A stretch of DNA of 64,000 bases from sequence record OP752703.1; one strand, 5' to 3'. The notes below the pieces were generated by a model, which was not told where the DNA came from, searched no databases, and saw only the letters and a program-made list of their open reading frames with translations. The first letter of the stretch is position 1, and every line of letters begins with the position of its first letter. The position numbers and the translations under genes are program-made. Of this stretch, positions 19,039 to 27,066 are shown in pieces.

Positions 19039-19662
19039 ATGACCGCTATCCTGCTATCCGCCACCCCGACCCAGCGTAAAAACCTGCTGCAACTGGTCGG
19101 CTACCTCATGTCGATTCAGAACACGCCCAAGGCTGATGAATACGACCATAGCGACGAAGAACGCTGCACTTTCGGCTTCGCTGTCCTGAGCAAAAAGATC
19201 AAGGCTCTGAACGCACGTTTCATGGTTACTGGCGTGGGCCGAAGCTATGTGAAGCGTGCCAAATACAACGGTATCGCTTTATCCGAACTGGCTAATGCTG
19301 TGTTCGGTAAGGACTACTGGTCACGAATCGTTTACGGCCCGTATACCAGCAGCAGCGCACGCGCCTTCGCGGAAATCAAAGACCTTCCGAAGGGCCGCGA
19401 GCAGATGAATTTCATCATCAACGCCATGATTTCCGCATACAAGATGACCCCGGAAGAACTGGCCCCGTACAAGGAAAGTGTCACCATCATCACCAATGAA
19501 GTGGACACGACCCGTAATCGCATTCTGGACCGCATTACCAAGCTGGAAGCTTTCGTGAACTACGCCAGTGCGTTTGATAATGATGACACCATCAAGCTGA
19601 CCCAGCAAGTGCAGGCCGCACAGGCTGACATTAAGGCGCTGAAACGCGCACTGTCCCTGTAA
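19039..19662 (+). CDS. Paralog family A, member 4
   Basis: YDHS..CTFGFA, VFGKDY. Confidence 0.88.
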   Translation: MTAILLSATPTQRKNLLQLVGYLMSIQNTPKADEYDHSDEERCTFGFAVLSKKIKALNARFMVTGVGRSYVKRAKYNGIALSELANAVFGKDYWSRIVYGPYTSSSARAFAEIKDLPKGREQMNFIINAMISAYKMTPEELAPYKESVTIITNEVDTTRNRILDRITKLEAFVNYASAFDNDDTIKLTQQVQAAQADIKALKRALSL

Positions 19663-19734
19663 TTAGTTTAAAAAGGGGGTTGCAGAAATGCAGCCCCTTT
19701 GCTATTCTACACACATCAACTACGGAGACGCATC

Positions 19735-19923
19735 ATGTTCGCAGCTACCAGTTCCAAAGTAATCGACCAGTGGGGTGATGGCAGGTATGGTGCTGTCTTC
19801 TGGCGTACTGATCGCCGCGACGTGTGGTATTGCTATGACGGCCATTACAGCTATCAGGCTGTGGTGGATGAATTCGGCAACCTGATCTGTATCTCTCACT
19901 ACACCAATGAGGCAGGTTACTAA
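19735..19923 (+). CDS. Hypothetical early protein
   Basis: Hairpin promoter and GGAG. Confidence 0.8.
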   Translation: MFAATSSKVIDQWGDGRYGAVFWRTDRRDVWYCYDGHYSYQAVVDEFGNLICISHYTNEAGY

Positions 19924-20075
19924 TGTGTACCTCTGACTGTAACTATCTGAACTGCTGTGACTGTGGTGGCAATGGCTGCGGTTGCTCTGGCTGCTGGTCC
20001 TGTCAAGCCTGTGAAGAATGCAAGTGGGAAAATGGCGAGTGTGATGATTGTAAGGAGGAATCCGATGGAGTTTGA
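19923..20075 (+). CDS. 50-aa Cys-rich metallothionein-like peptide
   Basis: MCTSDCNYLNCCDCGGNGCGCSGCWSCQACEECKWENGECDDCKEESDGV; TAATG coupling; not in track. Confidence 0.72.
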   Translation: MCTSDCNYLNCCDCGGNGCGCSGCWSCQACEECKWENGECDDCKEESDGV

Positions 20076-20325
20076 ATTCCAGACAATCCACCGCGTCTGT
20101 TTCAGTTGCACCACGAACGGCGATGCAGCAGACGACTACAATGATGCCCTTGTGAGGCTCGCAAAGCAATTCAGTACAGTCTACTTCAATAACGATAGCC
20201 GTTACATGTGGAAATGGTGCTGGATTTTTGAGTGCGAAAACAGGGACACCCTGAACGAAATTCTTAAAGCGGCAACCGTCCTAGCAGACATGCAAGGGGT
20301 TGTACTCACCAACGAACTAGGCTAA
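20065..20325 (+). CDS. Hypothetical protein (start moved from 19957)
   Basis: AAGGAGG RBS before ATG 20065. Confidence 0.78.
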   Translation: MEFEFQTIHRVCFSCTTNGDAADDYNDALVRLAKQFSTVYFNNDSRYMWKWCWIFECENRDTLNEILKAATVLADMQGVVLTNELG

Positions 20326-20354
20326 GATACACACATCAACCACGGAGACATACC

Positions 20355-20708
20355 ATGTTCGCTATCGTGATGCTTGGCAAGAACAACGAAATCCGCTCCT
20401 TCGCATACTATGACCCCGACTGTGGTCACATGATGAGCCGCTACACCACTCCCGGTTCTGGTCTGGTCGGTGCAAAGTTCTTCCCCACCCGTGAAGCTGC
20501 GCAGACTGTGTATGATGGAATGCGTAAGGAACGCGTGAACGAATACAGCGACGGTTCCACCACTCCCCCGATGCACATCTGGCAGGGCCTCCAAATCTGC
20601 AACGACAATCCGAAGGATGAAGGCACTTTTGCCATTGTCGAACTGTCGTGGGCCGTGGTCGAATCCGTACATGTGCAGGGGGAATTGACCTCCTGCAAAC
20701 ATCGCTAA
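20355..20708 (+). CDS. Hypothetical early protein
   Basis: Cassette leader and GGAG. Confidence 0.82.
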   Translation: MFAIVMLGKNNEIRSFAYYDPDCGHMMSRYTTPGSGLVGAKFFPTREAAQTVYDGMRKERVNEYSDGSTTPPMHIWQGLQICNDNPKDEGTFAIVELSWAVVESVHVQGELTSCKHR

Positions 20709-20720
20709 GGAGCTTAACAT

Positions 20721-20927
20721 ATGTTTTACAAATTCATTGACGCCCTGTGGTCGTTCGGCCTGCGCTGGTTCCCGCCACTCATGGTGCTGAATTTCATACT
20801 CTGCACGCACAAGATTGTGGTAGACGGCTTTAAGGTCAGCCATGTGGTGCTGTGGATTCTGGCTGTATTCTATCTCACCATGTGGTGTGATCGTAACTCC
20901 GAATTCATAAAAGAAATGGAGAAATAA
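20721..20927 (+). CDS. Two-helix membrane protein
   Basis: AAGGAG RBS; two hydrophobic segments. Confidence 0.78.
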   Translation: MFYKFIDALWSFGLRWFPPLMVLNFILCTHKIVVDGFKVSHVVLWILAVFYLTMWCDRNSEFIKEMEK

Positions 20928-21007
20928 TCGCTCAAAAGTGTTGACGGGTGGGCGGTAACTCTTTAATATACACACATCGAGTCACCACCCACCCAACGGA
21001 GAACACC

Positions 21008-21280
21008 ATGAGCAACGTCACCAACTTCCTCGCCAACGTCGCCGCTGCTGAGAAGATTGTGCAGGCCAACCACAAGGCTAGCTGGGATTGGGCCGCTTCT
21101 GATCGTGCCACCCGTGGCCCCTCCCCGCGTCTGGAAAAGGGTGCTGATACTGTGACCATGGGCAACGTCTCCTGCAAGCTGTCTGCCCCCGCTCAGAATG
21201 CTCGCACCAACGCCTGCCGCCGCAACTGGAAGATCAACGGCAAGCGTGCAACTGAGGCGGAAGCTCTGGCCGCACTCTAA
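21008..21280 (+). CDS. Ala-rich basic hypothetical protein
   Basis: Cassette promoter and GGAG. Confidence 0.83.
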   Translation: MSNVTNFLANVAAAEKIVQANHKASWDWAASDRATRGPSPRLEKGADTVTMGNVSCKLSAPAQNARTNACRRNWKINGKRATEAEALAAL

Positions 21281-21350
21281 ATCTTAAAAAAGGGGGTTGG
21301 CAAGAGCCAGCCCCCTTGCTATACTACACACACCATCAACGGAAACCATC

Positions 21351-21725
21351 ATGAGCGCTCACACCATCCCCACCACCCCCGTCGAAGTGCTGGATCGTAC
21401 CATCGCCCTGCTGTCCGACCCCGCCAACTGGACTACTGACTACTTCGCACGTAATGCAAAGGGTCAGGACGTTGACGTTCGTTCGCCCGATGCTACCTGT
21501 TTCTGCATCATGGGCGCAATTGAGCGTGTCACCCGTGGACCGGAAAATGGCGAGCGCGTCACGATGGAACAAATCCATACCGAATGTGATGCGGAAGCCG
21601 CATTGCAGACCATTCTAACCAAGCGCATTGGTGATTCCAACATCGCCAATTTCAACGACTCGGCAAGCCATGAACAGGTGATCGAAGCCCTGACCGAAGC
21701 AAGGGATAGCATCAAAAGGGCTTGA
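21351..21725 (+). CDS. DUF6197-like protein, copy 1
   Basis: NWT...CFCIMGAI...NFND...VIEAL. Confidence 0.65.
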   Translation: MSAHTIPTTPVEVLDRTIALLSDPANWTTDYFARNAKGQDVDVRSPDATCFCIMGAIERVTRGPENGERVTMEQIHTECDAEAALQTILTKRIGDSNIANFNDSASHEQVIEALTEARDSIKRA

Positions 21726-21775
21726 CCCCCTTACCGCATACCCCTATAATACACACACCATCAACGGAAACCATC

Positions 21776-22243
21776 ATGAGCGCCATCGATAACCTGAACA
21801 CCAAGCCGGTCAAGGAAATTCTCACGAACGTTCGTGAGCGTTTCTCCAATCGCACCAACTGGCAAACCAGTTCCCTGAGCAATCACCGTGGTTGCATGTG
21901 CCTGCTGGGCGGTATGTCCGTGGCTGAGGGCATCGTCACTGCTGACGATTATATCAAACACTATAATGGAGAAACGGATAGCCTTACCATTGGCGAGTTC
22001 CCCAACCAAGCAGCCATCTACAAGGCCATGGCTGACAGTCGCGCACTGCAATTCCTGATGGATGACATTGCGACCGAAAACAAAAACATCGCTCTCGCCA
22101 TCGAGGCCGATAAGGATGGACTGCACTACGTAGACGCCGCATGGACCTTCAATGACGGCCATGACAGGCCCGGTGAGCGTGATAAGGAAAAGAGCTATAA
22201 CCGCGTGCTGGATGCTCTGGATCGAGCCATCGCAAAGGCTTGA
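21776..22243 (+). CDS. DUF6197-like protein, copy 2
   Basis: NWQ...CMCLLGG...TFND...VLDAL. Confidence 0.62.
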   Translation: MSAIDNLNTKPVKEILTNVRERFSNRTNWQTSSLSNHRGCMCLLGGMSVAEGIVTADDYIKHYNGETDSLTIGEFPNQAAIYKAMADSRALQFLMDDIATENKNIALAIEADKDGLHYVDAAWTFNDGHDRPGERDKEKSYNRVLDALDRAIAKA

Positions 22244-22295
22244 CCATCTGAAACAATGTGGGTATGATACACACATACCCACTCAGGCCATAACC

Positions 22296-22511
22296 ATGAA
22301 CAAAACCAAGGCGAACAAATTCCTAGAGGCCAAAGGCTTTGATATGGAAGTTGACAAGTTCGAGGGCATCTGGTTCATGGTCAACGCCTACAGGGGATAC
22401 GGTCAACCCATCCGTAGCACGGAAGGCTCTTGCATGAATATCGTTCGCATGAGTGATATGACTGAATCCGATCTGCTATACTACGCCAATAAACTCGCTA
22501 AGGAAGACTAA
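22296..22511 (+). CDS. Hypothetical early protein
   Basis: Cassette promoter. Confidence 0.78.
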   Translation: MNKTKANKFLEAKGFDMEVDKFEGIWFMVNAYRGYGQPIRSTEGSCMNIVRMSDMTESDLLYYANKLAKED

Positions 22512-22514
22512 GCC

Positions 22515-22715
22515 ATGAACCTACAGCAGCAGAATTTCCCGAAATACGTTATCGTACATAGCGAAATCGGTAACGAACTGACCAGTCCCTTGACTCTCGA
22601 AGAAGTCAACAACGGCTCACAGGCATATCCCGCCATCAAGGCCCGTTCCCTGCGCATCGGCGAAACCCTGAAAAGCACCCTCGACCATGATCGAGAAATT
22701 CGCCGCGTAAGCTAA
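22515..22715 (+). CDS. Hypothetical protein
   Basis: AAGGA upstream. Confidence 0.78.
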   Translation: MNLQQQNFPKYVIVHSEIGNELTSPLTLEEVNNGSQAYPAIKARSLRIGETLKSTLDHDREIRRVS

Positions 22716-22781
22716 AAAACACTTGACGATTACTCAGTGGGTATGTACTATACACATACCCACTCACTAAGGAGCTACGCC

Positions 22782-22991
22782 ATGAACAACCTCTACTGCG
22801 CAACCCACAAGGACGAAAACCTTGACTCGTTGCAGGGCGAGCGTTTGGATGCCATGACCGATCACATGGTCAAGCATAAGGCGTATGATTTCAACACCCT
22901 CAATGACTCCGCCAGTGGTAACTACGTCATTTGGGAAATGGTCCGTAAGGCAGACGGTCACTACTACTTCCACCATATCATGGGGCGATAA
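22782..22991 (+). CDS. Hypothetical early protein
   Basis: Cassette promoter and AAGGAG. Confidence 0.8.
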   Translation: MNNLYCATHKDENLDSLQGERLDAMTDHMVKHKAYDFNTLNDSASGNYVIWEMVRKADGHYYFHHIMGR

Positions 22992-23065
22992 TTCTTAAAA
23001 AGGGCTTGCCAAGTGCAAGCCCTTTTGCTATTCTACACACATACCCACTCACTAAGGAAACGACC

Positions 23066-23437
23066 ATGGAACTGCATCCGTCGATCACTCTCCCCTTCAT
23101 TGAGTACGTGTGCAAGTCCGTCCACAACAACGATACCGACGACCTCGCCAGCGACTACTGCGACCGCCATAAGGACGCCTATGGCATCAAGGCCCGTTGG
23201 GTGTTCTCCCGTACCTATACCGTCAATGAATGGCTCGTCATGTTCTCGGGCCTCGCCTACGCCATCGATGCAGAGTGCGAACGCGAGGAAGCCGAACAGA
23301 AAGCATTCATGGAACGTATCGCTTCCGTGGGCCTTACCGCATGGGCCGAGCGCAACAACATCCGCTCGGAATATGATCTGATGGAACACAACCAAATCAA
23401 TGAGTACAGGATGCTTGACCGTGGGGAAGTGCGCTAG
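23066..23437 (+). CDS. Phage protein (DxHKDAYGIKxR type)
   Basis: Hairpin promoter and AAGGA. Confidence 0.82.
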   Translation: MELHPSITLPFIEYVCKSVHNNDTDDLASDYCDRHKDAYGIKARWVFSRTYTVNEWLVMFSGLAYAIDAECEREEAEQKAFMERIASVGLTAWAERNNIRSEYDLMEHNQINEYRMLDRGEVR

Positions 23438-23468
23438 TATACTACACACACCATCACGGAAAACCATC

Positions 23469-23822
23469 ATGAACCAGATTAACCCTGAATTCGGACGTAA
23501 GCTGTTCGACGCCATGGCTGACACCCTCTATAAGGACCGTAGCCGACTGGCCTACATCATCACCGTGTCGCCCTCGCAGGCTAACACCCTCTACCTGCGC
23601 GCTACCCGTGACGTACAGTGTGCGCCCCTCCTGCATCATATCTCCAATGGCATGACCGCCGCAACCATCTGCATCCGCTATGAGGATATGGCTCTCCTGC
23701 GCACGGCCATCATTCAGGAGAATGACGCTACTCGACGCAACGGCCATACGCCAGCCCAGCACATGGTTGACATTGACACCATGCTTGCCATCGCATACCA
23801 GACAACTAACACCATCGACTAA
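23469..23822 (+). CDS. Hypothetical early protein
   Basis: Cassette promoter and CGGA. Confidence 0.8.
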   Translation: MNQINPEFGRKLFDAMADTLYKDRSRLAYIITVSPSQANTLYLRATRDVQCAPLLHHISNGMTAATICIRYEDMALLRTAIIQENDATRRNGHTPAQHMVDIDTMLAIAYQTTNTID

Positions 23823-23884
23823 ACCTCTTGCACCCTAGGGTATGTCCCTGTATACTACACACATACCCTCAAAGGAGATAACAC

Positions 23885-24052
23885 ATGAATGTAATGCACA
23901 ACATAGAGCGCATCAATGGCCGCTGGGTAGGCTATGACTCCAAGGGACAGGCCCACCGCATCAGTGGCAATACACATAGTGGATACATTGTAAAGGGTAA
24001 GTCGTTCAAGTATCTACGTAGTGTGTCAGAATACCTCTACACTGTAGCATAG
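23885..24052 (+). CDS. 55-aa protein, last cassette
   Basis: Cassette promoter and AAGGAG; not in track. Confidence 0.72.
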   Translation: MNVMHNIERINGRWVGYDSKGQAHRISGNTHSGYIVKGKSFKYLRSVSEYLYTVA

Positions 24053-24073
24053 CATACACACCACAGCTATGCA

Positions 24074-24108
24074 AGGGGTTGACATACACTCAGCCCCTAT
24101 GCTACCAT
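24074..24108 (+). promoter_or_regulatory. Orphan hairpin promoter with no downstream gene
   Basis: AGGGGTTGA-N7-TCAGCCCCT; TTGACA-18-TACCAT. Confidence 0.6.
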
Positions 24109-24234
24109 GGGGAGGGGTGAAGGCAAAACAAGTTTGAGTTTTTAAAGACTTTCTTTTTATTTTGTTGTGGAATCGCCCGTAGCCCTATGGCTCAAGCCTC
24201 GATATGGACACAGACAAAAAACATTTTACCCCCT

Positions 24235-24377
24235 ACCATACACAAACCATACAGACAGACCATCCCTTAAAAAAATTTTTCTACCATAAAATTACCATCT
24301 GTCCAACCATTTCCCCAAACAAGTTTGTGTTTTTACCATACGGAAATACCATTAGGTCCACCATTTCGGCAGACCAT
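24235..24377. repeat. Ten ACCAT pentamers at about 12-bp phasing
   Basis: At 24235, 24246, 24259, 24283, 24294, 24306, 24335, 24348, 24360, 24373. Confidence 0.85.
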
Positions 24378-24419
24378 TTCAAATTTTTCCCAAATTTTTC
24401 TTGCGGCCAGACCTTTTTC

Positions 24420-24635
24420 TTATCCTAATAGAGCATCTAGGTAGTGGACAACCTTCTTGATTACCACAGGAAGAACCTCTCTATTGGCATAAAAGTCCAC
24501 ATGTTTGTAATTACCATCCCTTAGATAGCGGTGATTATCTTTTAGGTATTCCACTACGGTCATTTTGCGGCTGTTGGCGGCAACACAATCTTCCCATAGT
24601 ATTGATTGAACTTTTATTTCGTTATCACATGCCAC
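24420..24635 (-). CDS. Micro-ORF array protein (GTG start likely)
   Basis: C-term IKKVVHYLDALLG. Confidence 0.7.
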   Translation of the reverse strand: MACDNEIKVQSILWEDCVAANSRKMTVVEYLKDNHRYLRDGNYKHVDFYANREVLPVVIKKVVHYLDALLG

Positions 24636-24640
24636 GGCGA

Positions 24641-24862
24641 TTAATCCTTTATCAGATGGGTATCGATTACCCACATCATATGTTTGATGTATGTGAGACG
24701 GTAGAAGTCATATTCTTTTCTAAACCTTCCGTATTCTTCGACATATGATAGTGGGTTATAGTCAAAGCTTGCGAATGCGGCCCCACCTTCCAATATATTA
24801 CGAGCGATATCGGTTTTGTTGTGGAACTTTATGAAATGTACGTCAACTACTGGCGGGCGCAT
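24641..24862 (-). CDS. Micro-ORF array protein
   Basis: C-term IKHMMWVIDTHL. Confidence 0.75.
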   Translation of the reverse strand: MRPPVVDVHFIKFHNKTDIARNILEGGAAFASFDYNPLSYVEEYGRFRKEYDFYRLTYIKHMMWVIDTHLIKD

Positions 24863-25145
24863 GATCCTCTCCGAATAGTTCAATGAACCATCCTTTATGC
24901 TTTAGGTTGATAGCGTATAGGGAACGATATTTCGTATCGGCTCTATTTCTACACTCTGGCCCACCGAATGCCTCAATGTATAACTTTAGGTCGTAATCGT
25001 ATTTGATGAAGTCAAGAGCGATTTCGGTGTACTCTGTCCCACGATTACTGATCTTACCCCAACTATCTTCTACGTTTTCTATAGTGTAGTTTGCATTTAG
25101 CTTTCTTGGGCTAGCGAGGACTACACCCATATTGACTAATTTCAT
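24843..25145 (-). CDS. Micro-ORF array protein
   Basis: AGGAG RBS; LKHKGWFIELF. Confidence 0.8.
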   Translation of the reverse strand: MKLVNMGVVLASPRKLNANYTIENVEDSWGKISNRGTEYTEIALDFIKYDYDLKLYIEAFGGPECRNRADTKYRSLYAINLKHKGWFIELFGEDHAPASS

Positions 25146-25391
25146 TTATTCTCCTAGATGCTGGTCATAAAAGTACATAAGCTTCCACTTACGGACGGTT
25201 TGTTTAGCGTATGTTAAATTGTAGTTTCCACTAATGTATGCTGCCTGAATACCTTTGAAGATCATATCATATAACTCTGTTGACCCTATTAGGATAGTGC
25301 TTCGGGTGGAAAGCGTATCAAAAGTATAGGAACACCATATGGCATTCCTTTCTTCGCTACTTAGATTGTAGTATTCATCATCTGTAATCAT
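25146..25391 (-). CDS. Micro-ORF array protein, paralog of 31344-31622
   Basis: IWCS, LSTR, WKLMYFYD. Confidence 0.85.
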   Translation of the reverse strand: MITDDEYYNLSSEERNAIWCSYTFDTLSTRSTILIGSTELYDMIFKGIQAAYISGNYNLTYAKQTVRKWKLMYFYDQHLGE

Positions 25392-25392
25392 A

Positions 25393-25578
25393 TCATTTGT
25401 TTGAAAGAAGGTTAAATGACCATGTGATGTATTTTATCTCAATCATCTGATATAGGCAATAAGCTGCACGTTTGTGTTGGCCTAATAGTTTCCTATAAGC
25501 ATAGGCACCACCGGATGCTATACTGGCTATTTGCTGCGCGTCAATGAAACGTGATGGGGGAGAGTAGCGGTAGTTCAT
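25393..25578 (-). CDS. Micro-ORF array protein
   Basis: IKYITWSFNLL; ATGA overlap. Confidence 0.75.
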   Translation of the reverse strand: MNYRYSPPSRFIDAQQIASIASGGAYAYRKLLGQHKRAAYCLYQMIEIKYITWSFNLLSNK

Positions 25579-25772
25579 CCTTCATCTACCATTGTCATGA
25601 GGAATCGATAGAACTTCGTGTTGTTCATATACCATTTGCAGTAGGAACGATCCATTCTATTGTGCAGAGTTAGACGCTTCACGGTTAGTTCATGAGTTCC
25701 ATGAATGTCAATGAGAACTTTAGCGTTGTGAAGAGACAGAGGCATTTTTCGATTATCCGGTAGAGAGTTCAT
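25575..25772 (-). CDS. Micro-ORF array protein
   Basis: TKFYRFLMTMVDE; TAATG overlap. Confidence 0.75.
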   Translation of the reverse strand: MNSLPDNRKMPLSLHNAKVLIDIHGTHELTVKRLTLHNRMDRSYCKWYMNNTKFYRFLMTMVDEG

Positions 25773-25975
25773 TATTTTACTCTACGTTTTAGGGAAGTCA
25801 AGAACCAATCATATGACTCTTTGATTAGTTCCATACTCCAACCAGAGTACTTAATGTATTTCATCTTTTCTGAATTATAGTCCCAAAGGTTGTGGCCGAA
25901 GATACGGTGTTGCATGAACTTCTCAGGACTTTCATTTCTTAGGAGGGTTCGAGCATACTCGAATTTGTCTCTCAT
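25772..25975 (-). CDS. Micro-ORF array protein (start moved)
   Basis: ATGA overlap; motif weak. Confidence 0.75.
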   Translation of the reverse strand: MRDKFEYARTLLRNESPEKFMQHRIFGHNLWDYNSEKMKYIKYSGWSMELIKESYDWFLTSLKRRVK

Positions 25976-26166
25976 TGTGGTGGAGTCTCTTGTAGAAGTA
26001 TGATCTGCCATGCGGTGTTCTTGAATTGTAGTAGGGATTGGGGGACGTAGGTCTTCTTTATTTTATTAAAATGAAACGCAACATTACACAAGTATCGATA
26101 TGGATCGAACTTGCATTCCCTATAAGCAAAATATTTTGATTTCTCAAATTCCTTAGAGTTAATCAT
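25972..26166 (-). CDS. Micro-ORF array protein
   Basis: FKNTAWQIILLQE. Confidence 0.75.
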   Translation of the reverse strand: MINSKEFEKSKYFAYRECKFDPYRYLCNVAFHFNKIKKTYVPQSLLQFKNTAWQIILLQETPPQ

Positions 26167-26167
26167 T

Positions 26168-26401
26168 TCAATCCTTTAAGTAGTGCATATACCAGAAGAC
26201 GTGGCGGATAGTTCTCATATGATATATCGAATAGTATGGGCAATTTTGTTGAAACCAGTACGATTCAATGTATTCTTCTGGTTTGGTATCTATGGAGAGA
26301 AAGTGATATGCGCCTTTAGTAATTAGCTCAACAATATTGTTAGATGTATATCTGGTTCTCGCTGATGCTTCGTAGAAATCATACAGGGTAGATAATATCA
26401 T
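26168..26401 (-). CDS. Micro-ORF array protein
   Basis: GAGGA RBS; IRHVFWYMHYLKD. Confidence 0.8.
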   Translation of the reverse strand: MILSTLYDFYEASARTRYTSNNIVELITKGAYHFLSIDTKPEEYIESYWFQQNCPYYSIYHMRTIRHVFWYMHYLKD

Positions 26402-26404
26402 CCT

Positions 26405-26602
26405 TTAATCCTCATTGAACCAGTATATGGTTTCATTACATAGTTCTTCAAACTCTTCCTGAGATAGTTCTTTTCCGGCCTTCTCGGCTTCATAGGCTAC
26501 GCATCTAGCTACCTGATAATGGAACTTTAGGTAAGCTGGTCGATTATCTTCTCTTACGTTGTTTTGATAGAATTGTACGGCTCGTTCAGTAATGTCATGC
26601 AT
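26405..26602 (-). CDS. Micro-ORF array protein (start moved)
   Basis: 8-nt overlap; motif weak. Confidence 0.72.
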   Translation of the reverse strand: MHDITERAVQFYQNNVREDNRPAYLKFHYQVARCVAYEAEKAGKELSQEEFEELCNETIYWFNED

Positions 26603-26825
26603 TGATTTGGTTCTCTGTGGGATTGTCAATGATAAGGTCTAAGAAGAATATAGCAGTCTTTCTATTGACTAGAAATCTAAAAAAGTCCTTATGGTAGTTG
26701 TTACCATGAATTAGCTGCAAACACGTAGTAGTCAACTCTTCAACGGTGGTATTACAATTAAGTATACCATTCACGTTAGCTACTAGCAAGGAGATATCAT
26801 TCCAGTTATTAGAAGACGCGTTCAT
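26595..26825 (-). CDS. Micro-ORF array protein
   Basis: RKTAIFFLDLIID. Confidence 0.8.
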   Translation of the reverse strand: MNASSNNWNDISLLVANVNGILNCNTTVEELTTTCLQLIHGNNYHKDFFRFLVNRKTAIFFLDLIIDNPTENQINA

Positions 26826-27057
26826 TGGTGTCTATACAAGAGTCCATGAAGAAGAGGGCCACCTTTCTATGGTTTAGGTACGGCGGGAAGTAGCCCCTTG
26901 CATGAACATTACCTAGGCTAGCGTTGGCTACAATCATTAAATCCATATCACCGCGTTCAATGATGTTATTGGCGTTTTCCTTGATATTAGAAGTATCAAT
27001 CGGCCCGATAGAGAAACCACCGCCACTGTATTTTGCAATAATGTCTTTATGGATCAT
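26809..27057 (-). CDS. Micro-ORF array protein
   Basis: RKVALFFMDSCID. Confidence 0.8.
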   Translation of the reverse strand: MIHKDIIAKYSGGGFSIGPIDTSNIKENANNIIERGDMDLMIVANASLGNVHARGYFPPYLNHRKVALFFMDSCIDTNERVF

Positions 27058-27066
27058 GATTCTTTG

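Larger units (their letters stand above)
418..24108 (+). repeat. Dispersed family of about 50 promoter-leader-RBS elements: TTGACA/TTGCAA-N16-18-TATACT/TAATAT/TATAAT-ACAC(A/G)CATCAAC(C/T)ACGGAG-N6-9-ATG
   Basis: Read directly upstream of most + strand ORFs, e.g. 418-465, 752-798, 2571-2610, 3405-3441, 14472-14520, 16791-16839, 18418-18464, 19680-19728. Confidence 0.93.

Noticed and set aside
19957-20064. Signal-peptide-like N-terminal extension
   Set aside because: It is the +1 shadow of the Cys-rich ORF; a strong AAGGAGG precedes ATG 20065
129-23762. Many - strand ORFs in block 1
   Set aside because: Shadow frames of GC-rich + strand genes; many start in the reverse complement of the ACACACAT repeat (MCV...)
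418-24108. CRISPR array
   Set aside because: The repeats are promoters separated by 100-900 bp of coding DNA, not constant-length spacers; no cas genes
418-24108. Integron with attC sites
   Set aside because: No integrase in the window and no consistent GTTRRRY core noticed; kept only as an analogy
24204-24428. 74-aa + strand ORF
   Set aside because: Lies in the ACCAT repeat tract, has no RBS, low-complexity product
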